Positions 26,129 to 35,151 of a stretch of 64,000 nt of DNA are shown piece by piece. The stretch is taken from contig JAMCWL010000001.1 of assembly GCA_023481285.1 (NCBI GenBank), positions 1,539-65,538 on the forward strand, in the 5' to 3' direction. The first letter of the stretch is position 1. Each line of letters begins with the position of its first letter. The stretch is from Actinomycetota bacterium. GTDB lineage: Bacteria; Actinomycetota; Aquicultoria; Aquicultorales; JAMCWL01. Both the position numbers and the translations under genes were made by a program. The notes below the pieces were generated by a model. That model saw nothing but the letters and a program-made list of their open reading frames with translations. It was not told the origin of the DNA and ran no database searches.

Positions 26129-27655
26129 ATGATATGCCATATAAAGAGGGGTATTGTAGCTGCCATTTTGGCGCTGGTGCTTGTCTTCAGCGCTGTCGTC
26201 CCTACACTGGCGTCAAGCCACCGTGAGGCACCGCAGATAGCCAACAACCCGGTCGCCGACAATACAGACCTCTACGTCTTTCGGAGCCCAGATCGGCCTG
26301 ACTCTGTGAGCATAATCGCCAACTATTTCCCATTCGAAAATCCGGCGAACGGCCCTTTGTTCTATAAGTTCGCCGACAATGTCCGCTACACGATCACCGT
26401 CTTCAACAACAAAGGCGATACCATAGTCTACGAGTTCAAATTTACCACGAAGATAAGGGACGACGGTACCTTTCGATACAACAAAGATAATGGGCGCATA
26501 GACTCTCTAACCGCGAAGGCGTTCAACATCCGGCAGACCTACACCGTCACCCGGACCAGGAAAGGCTCGAGCACCACATTGGGAACCGATCTCCCGACCC
26601 CTCCGGTCAACATCGGGCCTAAATCCACGCCCAACTATGAGTCGTTGGCAAGCCAGGCGATATCCGGTCTGGACGATAACATCAAGGCCTTTGCGGGCCA
26701 GCGGGACGACCCCTACTTTGCCAACGATGGGGCCTTTTACGATCTGCTCAACACGCCTATTCCGCCCGGGAGCAAGGGGCCGGGCACAGACGCCTATGCC
26801 GGTTTCAATGTCCAAACGATCGCTTTGCAAGTGCCTATTACACAGCTCGTAGAGTCTCCAAACGGCATCATTCCGAGTAACCCATCCGATCCAAACGCTG
26901 TGATAGGTGTTTTTGCAAGCGCTGAGTTGCAAAGCGGCACGATACCCTCCAGTTCCGGTAAGGACTCGGCTAAGAATGGCAAAGTTAGCGGAAGCTGGTT
27001 ATCGAGCCTGTTAAAGCCCATCTTCGGAAGACCGCGCGGTACTACAACTACCACTACTACGACTACGACGACAACCCCGGGCGGTGCGAGTTTTACGCAG
27101 GTCTCTCGCGTGGGCCAACCGCTCGTCAATGCGTTGATCCTTCCGCTCAAGAATAAGGATCGTTGGAACCAGAGCAATCCACGGGACGACAGCCAGTTCA
27201 ACAATTCTTATCGAAACCCATTGCCGGCCGACTATCTCAAAACGTTTATAGGCATTACGCCGCCTTCTATGCCCCGCACCGATCTTACCAAGATCCTACT
27301 TGAAGGCTTCTCGCTAAACCAGGTGGGCGTTAACTTCTCGAACCAGGGTGGCGGTCCTAAGCAGGCCGACCTGATTAGGTTGAATGTTGCGGTTCCTCCA
27401 AAGAAGCCGACGGATCCAGGCTTCAATCGACTGGGCCTCTTCCGCGGCGATCTCGCGGGCTTTCCGAACGGGCGGCGGCTGGAGGATGACGTCATGGACA
27501 TCATGATGCAGATATTCGCAGGAGCAACTCCTTTCTCCTCCGACCTTAACGTGCCGCCCAACAGCACGCTCAGCGACGGCGTCGATGGGAACGACGTGCC
27601 CTTCCTAAGCAGTTTTCCGTATGTTGGAACGCCGCGCCCTGCCTTCGGAGGGTAA
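26129..27655 (+). CDS. Secreted DUF4331-family protein, paralog A (contains a Thr12 run)
   Basis: Signal peptide then SSHREAPQIANNPVADNTDLYVF, the hallmark N-terminus recalled for DUF4331. AGGAGG 8 nt upstream of the ATG. Confidence 0.85.
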   Translation: MICHIKRGIVAAILALVLVFSAVVPTLASSHREAPQIANNPVADNTDLYVFRSPDRPDSVSIIANYFPFENPANGPLFYKFADNVRYTITVFNNKGDTIVYEFKFTTKIRDDGTFRYNKDNGRIDSLTAKAFNIRQTYTVTRTRKGSSTTLGTDLPTPPVNIGPKSTPNYESLASQAISGLDDNIKAFAGQRDDPYFANDGAFYDLLNTPIPPGSKGPGTDAYAGFNVQTIALQVPITQLVESPNGIIPSNPSDPNAVIGVFASAELQSGTIPSSSGKDSAKNGKVSGSWLSSLLKPIFGRPRGTTTTTTTTTTTTPGGASFTQVSRVGQPLVNALILPLKNKDRWNQSNPRDDSQFNNSYRNPLPADYLKTFIGITPPSMPRTDLTKILLEGFSLNQVGVNFSNQGGGPKQADLIRLNVAVPPKKPTDPGFNRLGLFRGDLAGFPNGRRLEDDVMDIMMQIFAGATPFSSDLNVPPNSTLSDGVDGNDVPFLSSFPYVGTPRPAFGG

Positions 27656-27986
27656 TTCCTGAGATTCGGTCCGCCGAGATCCTTGTGGATGTGAGCTAAA
27701 AAGAGCGGTCGCCGGGAAAACCGACCGCTCTCTCACTAAAGAGCGGTAAGGATATTACCAGACCCCGGATAAGACAACCCGTACGAAGACCCCTGAATCC
27801 GGAGAGACGTGTAGCGTGTTTATTTACCGTACCAGTGGGTAGCTGCATGACGTTGCGCGTCGGCATTAAAGGCGTCGGCATTGAAAACAAGTTGGAGCTC
27901 GAAGTGCAAATTTGGCCACTTGTTTATTGATGCAAGCGCCATCCGACTCAAAGACTGTTTTGCAAGTATATTCGCGAGGGAGTGAG

Positions 27987-29414
27987 ATGCACGTGAGGAT
28001 GATGAGGAAAAGTGCAAGGAGGGGGATCGTGGCCGCGCTGATAGCGTCAAGCCTAATTGTCGGCGGCGTCGCTCCCGTTTGGGCGTCAAGCCACCGCGAA
28101 GCGCCACGCGTGGCCGAGGACCCCGCCGCCGACAATACCGACCTTTATGTCTTTCGCAGTCCCGACAACCCGGATATGGTGAGTATTATCGCCAACTTTG
28201 TTCCGTTCGAGAATCCCGCCAACGGTCCTCTCTTCTACAAATTCAGCGATGACGCCCTCTATCAGATCACCGTCTTCAACAACAAAGGCGATACCATAGT
28301 CTACGAGTTCAAATTTACCACGAAGATAAGGGACGACCACACATTTCGCTACAACAAGGACAATGGGCGCATAGACTCTCTAACCGCTAAGGCGTTCAAC
28401 AACCGGCAACTCTACACCGTCACCCGGCTTAAAAACGGCCAGGACAGCGTGTTGGGAACCGATCTCCCGACCCCTCCGGTCAACATCGGGCCTAAATCCA
28501 CGCCCAACTATGAGTCGTTGGCAAGCCAGGCGATATCCGGTCTGGACGATAACATCAAGGCCTTTGCGGGCCAGCGGGACGACCCCTACTTTGCCAACGA
28601 TGGGGCCTTTTACGATCTGCTCAACACGCCTATTCCGCCCGGGAGCAAGGGGCCGGGCACAGACGCCTATGCCGGTTTCAATGTCCAAACGATCGCCATC
28701 CAGGTTCCCATCACACAGTTGGTGCAATCACAAAACGGCGTAATTCCGACGAATCCGTCTGATCCGAACTCGGTCATCGGTGTTTTTGCAAGTGCCAGCC
28801 GGCCGCGGACGCGAGAGCTCAAGCCCGGCAACGGCGCTACGAACTCGGGTGACAATATTCAGATCTCAAGAGTTGGCCAACCGCTCGTCAATGCGTTGAT
28901 CATTCCTCTCAAGGATAAAGATCGTTGGAACCAGAGCAACGCGCTGGATGACGGCCAGTTCAACATCTTCTACCGCAACCCGCTGCCGGCCGATTATGTC
29001 AAAACGTTTCTTGGTGTGGATACGCCTTCCATGCCCCGGAACGACCTGACCAAAATCTTGCTCGAAGGTTTCTCGCTTAACCAGGTCGGGATTAACTTCT
29101 CAAACCGAGGGCCCGGTCCTAAGCAGGCCGACCTGATTAGGTTGAATGTTGCGGTTCCTCCAAAGAAGCCGACGGATCCAGGCTTCAATCGACTGGGCCT
29201 CTTCCGCGGCGATCTCGCGGGCTTTCCGAACGGGCGGCGGCCTCAGGACGACGTCATGGACATCATGATGCAGATATTCGCAGGAGCAACTCCTTTCTCC
29301 TCCGACCTTAACGTGCCGCCCAACAGCATGCTCAGCGACGGCGTCGATGGGAATGATCTGCCTTTCCTGGACACCTTCCCGTTTCTCGGAACGCCGCACC
29401 CGGGAGCCTCATAA
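27987..29414 (+). CDS. Secreted DUF4331-family protein, paralog B
   Basis: Start moved to ATG 27987 (MHVRMMRKSARRG.. signal peptide, GAGGGAG upstream). Collinear with paralog A. Confidence 0.85.
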   Translation: MHVRMMRKSARRGIVAALIASSLIVGGVAPVWASSHREAPRVAEDPAADNTDLYVFRSPDNPDMVSIIANFVPFENPANGPLFYKFSDDALYQITVFNNKGDTIVYEFKFTTKIRDDHTFRYNKDNGRIDSLTAKAFNNRQLYTVTRLKNGQDSVLGTDLPTPPVNIGPKSTPNYESLASQAISGLDDNIKAFAGQRDDPYFANDGAFYDLLNTPIPPGSKGPGTDAYAGFNVQTIAIQVPITQLVQSQNGVIPTNPSDPNSVIGVFASASRPRTRELKPGNGATNSGDNIQISRVGQPLVNALIIPLKDKDRWNQSNALDDGQFNIFYRNPLPADYVKTFLGVDTPSMPRNDLTKILLEGFSLNQVGINFSNRGPGPKQADLIRLNVAVPPKKPTDPGFNRLGLFRGDLAGFPNGRRPQDDVMDIMMQIFAGATPFSSDLNVPPNSMLSDGVDGNDLPFLDTFPFLGTPHPGAS

Positions 29415-29437
29415 CGGAACCAAAACGGAACCAAAAC
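29413..29437. repeat. Perfect tandem duplication, 11 nt x2 (+3): AACGGAACCAA, beginning inside the paralog B stop codon
   Basis: 29413..29423 equals 29424..29434. Confidence 0.8.
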
Positions 29438-29476
29438 CTCGCTCATCTTGGGCTTTCAGGTTAAAATCGACTAATT

Positions 29477-30292
29477 ATGAGAGTATTCATATTTACGAGC
29501 GGCGCGCCCGGCGAGGATTCGGCAAAGACCGGACCCTTTTGGAAGGAGTTCGACGATCGCTACGCCGATAAGTTCATCCGACACCTTACCGACAATCCGG
29601 ATGTCTGCACGGGCTGCGGTAAGGCATGCAACCACTGCCGGGCCGGTTATAAACTCGACTACGCCGACCGGATAGCGGGAACGCACGTTCATCCGGACAA
29701 GCTTCTTGCTTTTGTGGACGATCCTTATAAATATCTGCCGAAGGTTGTTCGTTCGCACGATGTAACGCTGGCCATCAATATCCACCAGGACTTACTTCTG
29801 GAGATCCCCGAGCTGGCTGCCCGCGCCGGCTCAAAGGCCTTGATCGTGCCGGTCGAGGATCCCGATTGGCTTGATCGCTGGCTCAGAGAGGAGCTGGCCG
29901 ATATCTGCAAAGAAAAGGGTCTGGAATTCGCCGCACCGAAGCCATTCTGCTCGCTCGACGAAGGAGAAGGCAAGATTATCGACGAGTTCATAGAGGAGTT
30001 CAGGATGGGTAAGCCTAAGCTTGAGCTTAAGATAAAGGATGGTATCGTGAGGTCGGCCAGGGTGTTGAGGAGCGCTCCTTGCGGGGATACTTACTTCGTC
30101 GCTCACAACATCGTCGGTGTTCCGGTGGGCGAGGAGCTTATGCATAGAGCGGCGAAGTACTGGCACAGTTATCCCTGTATAGCGTCGATGAAAATGGACC
30201 CGGAATTCCAGGACACCATTCTCCACCGGGCCGGCCACATACTTTATGAGGTCGTTGACCGGGCGGTGCGTGCCGCTGGCAAAGGTTCTTAG
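29477..30292 (+). CDS. Cys-rich protein, possibly DUF166/PF02593-like; function unknown
   Basis: 271 aa; CTGCGKACNHC cluster, APCGDTYF, HSYPCIAS. Family assignment is from memory and weak. Confidence 0.7.
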   Translation: MRVFIFTSGAPGEDSAKTGPFWKEFDDRYADKFIRHLTDNPDVCTGCGKACNHCRAGYKLDYADRIAGTHVHPDKLLAFVDDPYKYLPKVVRSHDVTLAINIHQDLLLEIPELAARAGSKALIVPVEDPDWLDRWLREELADICKEKGLEFAAPKPFCSLDEGEGKIIDEFIEEFRMGKPKLELKIKDGIVRSARVLRSAPCGDTYFVAHNIVGVPVGEELMHRAAKYWHSYPCIASMKMDPEFQDTILHRAGHILYEVVDRAVRAAGKGS

Positions 30293-30393
30293 CCCCTCGA
30301 TTGAGGAGTCTGAAAGAATCTTTGCCAGCCGCACGCTAGCATTAGAGCGTCGGAGCGTTCGAACATTCTGATCCGATGAAATCGTACGTTGAA

Positions 30394-30633
30394 TTAACGG
30401 CCGTCAGCGCGTTCCTTTCGGATCAAAACGATGGCGAGGGCTGCCAACGCGGCGATCATAGCGAGCAGTAGAAATTTGAACAGGGCGGCCATCCCGGCCA
30501 GCAGAACCACGGCCAGCGCCACCGGAACGGTCCCCAGAATAAGCCTTTTGTCTCGCACTACCCGCATGGCCAGGGTGGCGCCGAAGAGAAGCGCGATGAC
30601 GATGACCGGTAGCAGAAGAGCCTTTACTATCAT
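30394..30633 (-). CDS. Small membrane protein (79 aa, 3 TM), unknown function
   Basis: Internal ATG 30633 preceded by GAGGAG. The longer track ORF (to 31011) overlaps the opposite-strand gene and is rejected. Confidence 0.5.
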   Translation of the reverse strand: MIVKALLLPVIVIALLFGATLAMRVVRDKRLILGTVPVALAVVLLAGMAALFKFLLLAMIAALAALAIVLIRKERADGR

Positions 30634-30789
30634 CCCATCTCCTCTTTTCTGATGAGAGAATAGCACAGATTCTGGGAAAAGACCCACTATCATCGATATG
30701 ATATGCTTGGGGGGCAATCGTACGACTCTTAAGGCAATTTGTGCTCGGGTGACGGTTGAATCGAAGAGGTCATAGACCGACCGGACCTC

Positions 30790-30827
30790 CCGACAGGGGT
30801 AATATAGACCGACAGGGGTAATATAGA
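30790..30827. repeat. Perfect tandem duplication, 19 nt x2 (CCGACAGGGGTAATATAGA), 29 nt upstream of the MetE-like gene
   Basis: 30790..30808 equals 30809..30827. Confidence 0.9.
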
Positions 30828-30855
30828 GGTTGATCGACTGGCATATGGAGGATGG

Positions 30856-31923
30856 ATGGCTTTTGAAGCAAAATGTTTGCCGACCGCTATAGGCAGTCTC
30901 CCTCACACGGGCGTCGACCACGCGACAAGGGTAATCTTTAAGAACTTTCTGGAGCTGCCGTTCTGGCCACAGATGCCGAACGCTTCGTTCCGGGAGAACA
31001 TGTACGTCCAATTCATCGAGGGACTGCCCGGCGTGGTCGTTGATGAAGAAAATGAGAAAGTCTACTTCGACACCTCTCAGGATATCGCATCCGCGCTTGA
31101 AAAGCTGTACGAGGCGTATCTTGTCGGTGATCTGGAGCGATTTGCCTTGAACAAGGGGAGCGCCAGAGGATTATATGCCTTCCTTGATGTGCTTGAGACC
31201 GGATCGACTCCTGAGATTCAAGCGGTGAAGGGCCAAATCACCGGACCGATAAGCCTGGGGCTCGCCGTCACGGATGAGAACCGCCGGCCGAGCCTCTACA
31301 ACGACGTCATAAGGGACGCTACCATCAAGTTCCTCTCGATGAACATCAAGTGGCAGGAGAGCGTTCTGAGGGCCGCCAGGCCTGAGGCGCAGACGCTGAT
31401 ATTCATCGACGAGCCGTACTTGGTCTCTTACGGCTCGGCGTATATCAGTCTTTCCCGGGACGACGCGATAGGATACCTCGATGAGTTGATCTCCTCAGCC
31501 GAAAGTCCGGTTGGGATCCATTGCTGCGGAAATACCGACTGGAGCATTCTGACGGATACAAAAGTGGATATCATAAGCTTCGACTCTTACGATTATGCTC
31601 AAAGCCTCGCTCTCTACGCGGACCAGATCGAAGAATTCCTTGATCGCGGCGGGATCCTGGCCTGGGGTGCGGTGCCGTCGGGACTGCCAACGCCCGATCA
31701 GGTTGAGAACGAAACCGTGGACGGCCTCGTTCGGAAGCTCGAAGATTCGATGGAGCTTCTGGTTGAGAAAAGGATCGATAAGGAAATCCTCGTTCACCAG
31801 GCCCTCATTACGCCAAGTTGCGGAACGGCGGCGATGACTCAGGAGAACGCCGAGCTAGCATTTGCTTACACAAGAGCCGTTTCAGATAGCATGCGGGAAA
31901 GGTATTTCAAAATTAGCGATTAG
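30856..31923 (+). CDS. Cobalamin-independent methionine synthase (MetE) catalytic-domain family protein
   Basis: 355 aa; TAIGSLPH, KGQITGPIS, IDEPYL, Zn-ligand-like IHCCGN and ITPSCG. Confidence 0.65.
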   Translation: MAFEAKCLPTAIGSLPHTGVDHATRVIFKNFLELPFWPQMPNASFRENMYVQFIEGLPGVVVDEENEKVYFDTSQDIASALEKLYEAYLVGDLERFALNKGSARGLYAFLDVLETGSTPEIQAVKGQITGPISLGLAVTDENRRPSLYNDVIRDATIKFLSMNIKWQESVLRAARPEAQTLIFIDEPYLVSYGSAYISLSRDDAIGYLDELISSAESPVGIHCCGNTDWSILTDTKVDIISFDSYDYAQSLALYADQIEEFLDRGGILAWGAVPSGLPTPDQVENETVDGLVRKLEDSMELLVEKRIDKEILVHQALITPSCGTAAMTQENAELAFAYTRAVSDSMRERYFKISD

Positions 31924-31988
31924 CCGTTGGCAATGAGCAATGAGCGCAGGGCCTTCATTTAGGGAGGCCTTTTTTCGGACCTGATAAA

Positions 31989-32177
31989 TCAAGGCCCCAT
32001 AAGCTTGCCGATTACTGACGCAAGGGCGCTAACAATCAGGATAAGCCCGAAGATGGCCGCTAAGCAGATCGTCGTTATCCCGAGCACCAGGTAGAGCCTT
32101 TCTTTATCTTCGAAGCCCCTGCCCGTCCCAAAAAAATTAACAATTAGATTAAGGGGATTTTGCTTTACTTTCCCCAC
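31989..32177 (-). CDS. Small membrane protein, unknown function
   Basis: 62 aa with one C-terminal TM helix. No homology recognised. Confidence 0.35.
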   Translation of the reverse strand: MGKVKQNPLNLIVNFFGTGRGFEDKERLYLVLGITTICLAAIFGLILIVSALASVIGKLMGP

Positions 32178-32398
32178 GATGGCGCTCCTTCCAGAGTCCA
32201 GCGTCTGCTTTTTTAAGCGTATTGGTTGGGCGGCGGGCAGTCAAGCCGAGTGCGGGCGACAGCCGAGTGCGGGCGAAGGCTCAGGTTCGCCGGTCCACGT
32301 TTGTCGATTTCGGCATCGTCGATGAGATCAGCCGGGAGAACGTGGCCGTTTTTCTAAAGTGGCCCGGATTGGGAAATAGAAGACGAGCGGGAGAGCGT

Positions 32399-32698
32399 AT
32401 GAAAAGAGGCGGCGGCAAGGAAGTTGAGATAAGCGTCGATTTAAGCGCCATCGAGGCGGTCTACTCCAATGCCGTCCACATCGTGCACAGCCCCTTTGAT
32501 TTTGTCTTCAATTTTGTGCAGGTGAGCCCACCAAAGGGCAAACTTGTCGCCAAAGTCATCCTCAGTCCTCAGCACGCCAAGTCGTTCGTGGAAGCCCTCA
32601 AGGAGAACATCGCCAAATACGAAGCCCAGTACGGCCTGATCAACATCTCCAAGGAGATGAAGGAGGAGCGTCCCTTCGGCTTCGTCAAAGAGGGCTAA
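32399..32698 (+). CDS. DUF3467-family protein
   Basis: 99 aa from ATG 32399 (GGGAGAG upstream). YSNAVHIVHSPFDFVFNF motif. The longer track ORF start is rejected. Confidence 0.6.
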   Translation: MKRGGGKEVEISVDLSAIEAVYSNAVHIVHSPFDFVFNFVQVSPPKGKLVAKVILSPQHAKSFVEALKENIAKYEAQYGLINISKEMKEERPFGFVKEG

Positions 32699-32833
32699 AG
32701 AAGGACCGGGTCGTGTATAAACCGGTGCTTTAATAGACCGCCGACCGCGGACACCGCCATTAATCGACTGACGACCGCCGACCGCCGATACATATTGTGG
32801 TTAACCGCATATACCTGCCTCGTCGCTACCGCT

Positions 32834-33030
32834 CTTGTTTCTTAGTTTCTTAGTTTCTTGGAACCTCCGGGTGACTATTGGAGGCGCTATAAACGACCGC
32901 CGTCGGCCGTCCGCCGTCCGCCGCTATAAAGCTTGGATATATGAGGCGCTATTCGCGTTGGATGAGGTTGCCAAGAAACCATGAAACCAAGAAACCAGGA
33001 AACCAAGAAACCAGGAAACCCGGACGGCGA
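32834..33030. repeat. Core-A composite element: GTTTCTTA/G 8-mer left arm, about 110-nt core with three GCGCTAT/CCGCTAT motifs and a CCGNCCG run, AAGAAACC-type right arm, GC-rich outer motif
   Basis: Core almost identical to 52171..52272 and similar to 47986..48075. Additional CCGACCG heptamers at 32738..32790 and their complements at 33160..33195. Confidence 0.85.
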
Positions 33031-33153
33031 ACGTTATAACGACGGCCTCTCCTTAAAACCTAGCGCTTGCTCGAACGCATACGCCGCATTCAAAATAATC
33101 CCCTCGCCGAATGTCGGGCCGATGATCTGCAAGCCCACCGGCTGCCCGTACAT
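33031..33153 (-). pseudogene. Duplicated fragment of the gatA 3' end (last about 38 codons plus stop)
   Basis: 33032..33142 is the exact reverse complement of 41829..41939 (111/111 by eye), with similarity continuing to about 33149. Sits between the ligase stop and the core-A element. Confidence 0.85.
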
Positions 33154-33204
33154 AGCGGCGGTCTGTGATCGTCGGTCGGTGGTCGGGCGGTTCACGAACC
33201 GCCC

Positions 33205-34959
33205 CTACGCCGCAACTTTTCTGAGCCTTGACTCGTACATTTCAATTATTTCTTCTTCCGTCGTCGCGTCTTCGGGGGCTTTGTCCTCGCGGTACCTGCC
33301 GGTGAACCTGGGAAAGCGGATGGCGAGGCCGCTCCCTTCACGGAAACGGTTGTATCCGCAGGTGTGGATGGGGCTAAGAGTGATCTCGGCGCCGATTATC
33401 TCGAGGACGAGAGAGGGTTCGAACCAAACGTCAGGACGTTCCTTGGCGTCCACCCTCGGACTTACATGTTCGAGAACGTAAGGGCTCAACCGGCCCGGCA
33501 ATTCGGCCAGGTCTTTATCGGTAAGCCCGGCCCCCAGCTTGGTCACCGACTTAAAGGTGTCTGTTTTATCATCGTAGCAAGCCATCAGGAGCGAGCCGTA
33601 AACCCCCGCCCGCCTCCCCCGGCCATAGTAGCCGCCGACCACGACCAGGTCCGCTGTATCGGTCATCTCGCTCCTGTACTCGCGCTTGTACTTGATCCAG
33701 AGCCACCCTCTGGCGCCCGCCCGGTAGATGGATTCACTCCCCGTTGATTTGGCGACGACTCCCTCGCAGCCTTCCTCAACGGCCTTCTCAAAGAAGCTTT
33801 CGAGCTCGTCGGTGCCCCTTACGATCTTGTTCTGCGCCAAGTTGACGGCGTCTCCGATGCGGAGCGAGCGCGCCAACGCTTCCCTTCGCTCGGGATAGGG
33901 CTCGCCGGTGTAATCGCGACCCTCGGCGTAGAGGCAGTCAAAAAAGAAGACGGAGGCCGGCAGCTCCTTGGCCGCCTCCGCTACGCCGTACTTCCGCCGC
34001 CTGCGCATCAGCTCCTGAAACGGGCGCATGTCTCCCGTTGCGGGGTTCATCGCAACTATTTCGGCTTCAAGAATTGCGGCCGTCGCCGCTATCGAATTCC
34101 TCGCGAGCGCCACCACGTCTGGAAACTGGCCTGTGATGTTCTCCAGGCGGCGAGAGAAGAGCATTATTCGCTTGCCGTTCTTATGCACCTGAACCCGTTC
34201 GCCGTCGTACTTGTACTCGGCTACAAACTCCGCGCCCAGCTTCTCCGCCGCTTCTTCCGGCGCGTGGACCCGCTCGGCCAACATGGGCCTGATGGGCTTT
34301 CCCAGCTCTATGTGAAAATCTCTAATCTTTGAAACCCCTTTGGTTGCCAGGGCGGAGGCAACCTCTCCCAGGTCCGAGGTTATGTTATACGCCCTCTCGA
34401 TAAGCGGGCGCGCTTCGGGACCCTCACCGTACGTAAGCGCCAAGGCGTCGAGCATCGTCATGTCGGCGACGCCCAAACGTAGCTTGCCGGTCACTATGCG
34501 CACTATATATTTGGCCTCGGTAGGCGTGGCGTTTGAGAGCAATGAGGCCAGAAGCTTAACCTTCTTTTCGGCGCTGCCCGGTCCGGCGGTGTGCGCCACC
34601 TCGTCGAGAACCTTGTAGACGCGGTCGACGGTCAATGGCTTTTTCCTCTCCGGTGCCGCTCGCTCAAGCTCAAGACTGGCGGTCAGGCCGAGGTCCCCCG
34701 TCTTGCGAAGGTCTCTGTTGATCTCTTCGTCGGTGAGCCCGGTCGCGATCGAGACCGATTTAACGGCCATCTTCTCCGCCATGCCGATTTCTATGCCGGC
34801 GAAGTCCGGGTAGAGCTTGCCCTGGGTAAGGTAGACAATCTTTGGCAGGTCCCTGGCGGGCGTGGACTTGACAAGATCAACGAGGTACTTGGTCATCTCA
34901 ATTCGCTTGCTGGTCTTTTCGATCCTCTGGTAAGCGTCGGCCAGGATGCTGAAGTCCAC
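33205..34959 (-). CDS. ATP-dependent DNA ligase (three-domain Lig1/archaeal-type)
   Basis: 584 aa; adenylation motif I EYKYDGERVQ, DBD plus NTase plus OB order. GGAGGA upstream of a GTG start. Confidence 0.9.
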   Translation of the reverse strand: MDFSILADAYQRIEKTSKRIEMTKYLVDLVKSTPARDLPKIVYLTQGKLYPDFAGIEIGMAEKMAVKSVSIATGLTDEEINRDLRKTGDLGLTASLELERAAPERKKPLTVDRVYKVLDEVAHTAGPGSAEKKVKLLASLLSNATPTEAKYIVRIVTGKLRLGVADMTMLDALALTYGEGPEARPLIERAYNITSDLGEVASALATKGVSKIRDFHIELGKPIRPMLAERVHAPEEAAEKLGAEFVAEYKYDGERVQVHKNGKRIMLFSRRLENITGQFPDVVALARNSIAATAAILEAEIVAMNPATGDMRPFQELMRRRRKYGVAEAAKELPASVFFFDCLYAEGRDYTGEPYPERREALARSLRIGDAVNLAQNKIVRGTDELESFFEKAVEEGCEGVVAKSTGSESIYRAGARGWLWIKYKREYRSEMTDTADLVVVGGYYGRGRRAGVYGSLLMACYDDKTDTFKSVTKLGAGLTDKDLAELPGRLSPYVLEHVSPRVDAKERPDVWFEPSLVLEIIGAEITLSPIHTCGYNRFREGSGLAIRFPRFTGRYREDKAPEDATTEEEIIEMYESRLRKVAA

Positions 34960-35151
34960 GCATTCCTCCTTGCTGCTACGCTCTTATACCCATTCAGGCG
35001 GTATTAGCAGGTGGCAAGGGTAAGATCTGGATTCGGTGACCTTGACGAAGAGCGGTATACGGCTTCAAGGTGACAACCGACGCTTTTAGTCTTGACGCTC
35101 GGTCTCTTTTGTTATTCATTAAAACTAGAGATTTCCTAACTGAGAGAGAAA

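Noticed and set aside
27702-27731. 10-bp stem hairpin (AGAGCGGTCG / CGACCGCTCT) after DUF4331-A, considered as an intrinsic terminator.
   Set aside because: No U-tract follows, so it is not reported as a terminator. It could still be a processing or stability hairpin.
30634-31011. The upstream two-thirds of track ORF 30394..31011 (minus).
   Set aside because: It overlaps the start of the well-supported MetE-like gene and a tandem duplication. Only the C-terminal 79-aa membrane protein has an RBS and sensible composition.
32981-33481. 166-aa plus-strand ORF.
   Set aside because: It starts inside the AAGAAACC repeat arm, then reads antisense through the gatA fragment and the ligase 3' end. 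It is an artefact.
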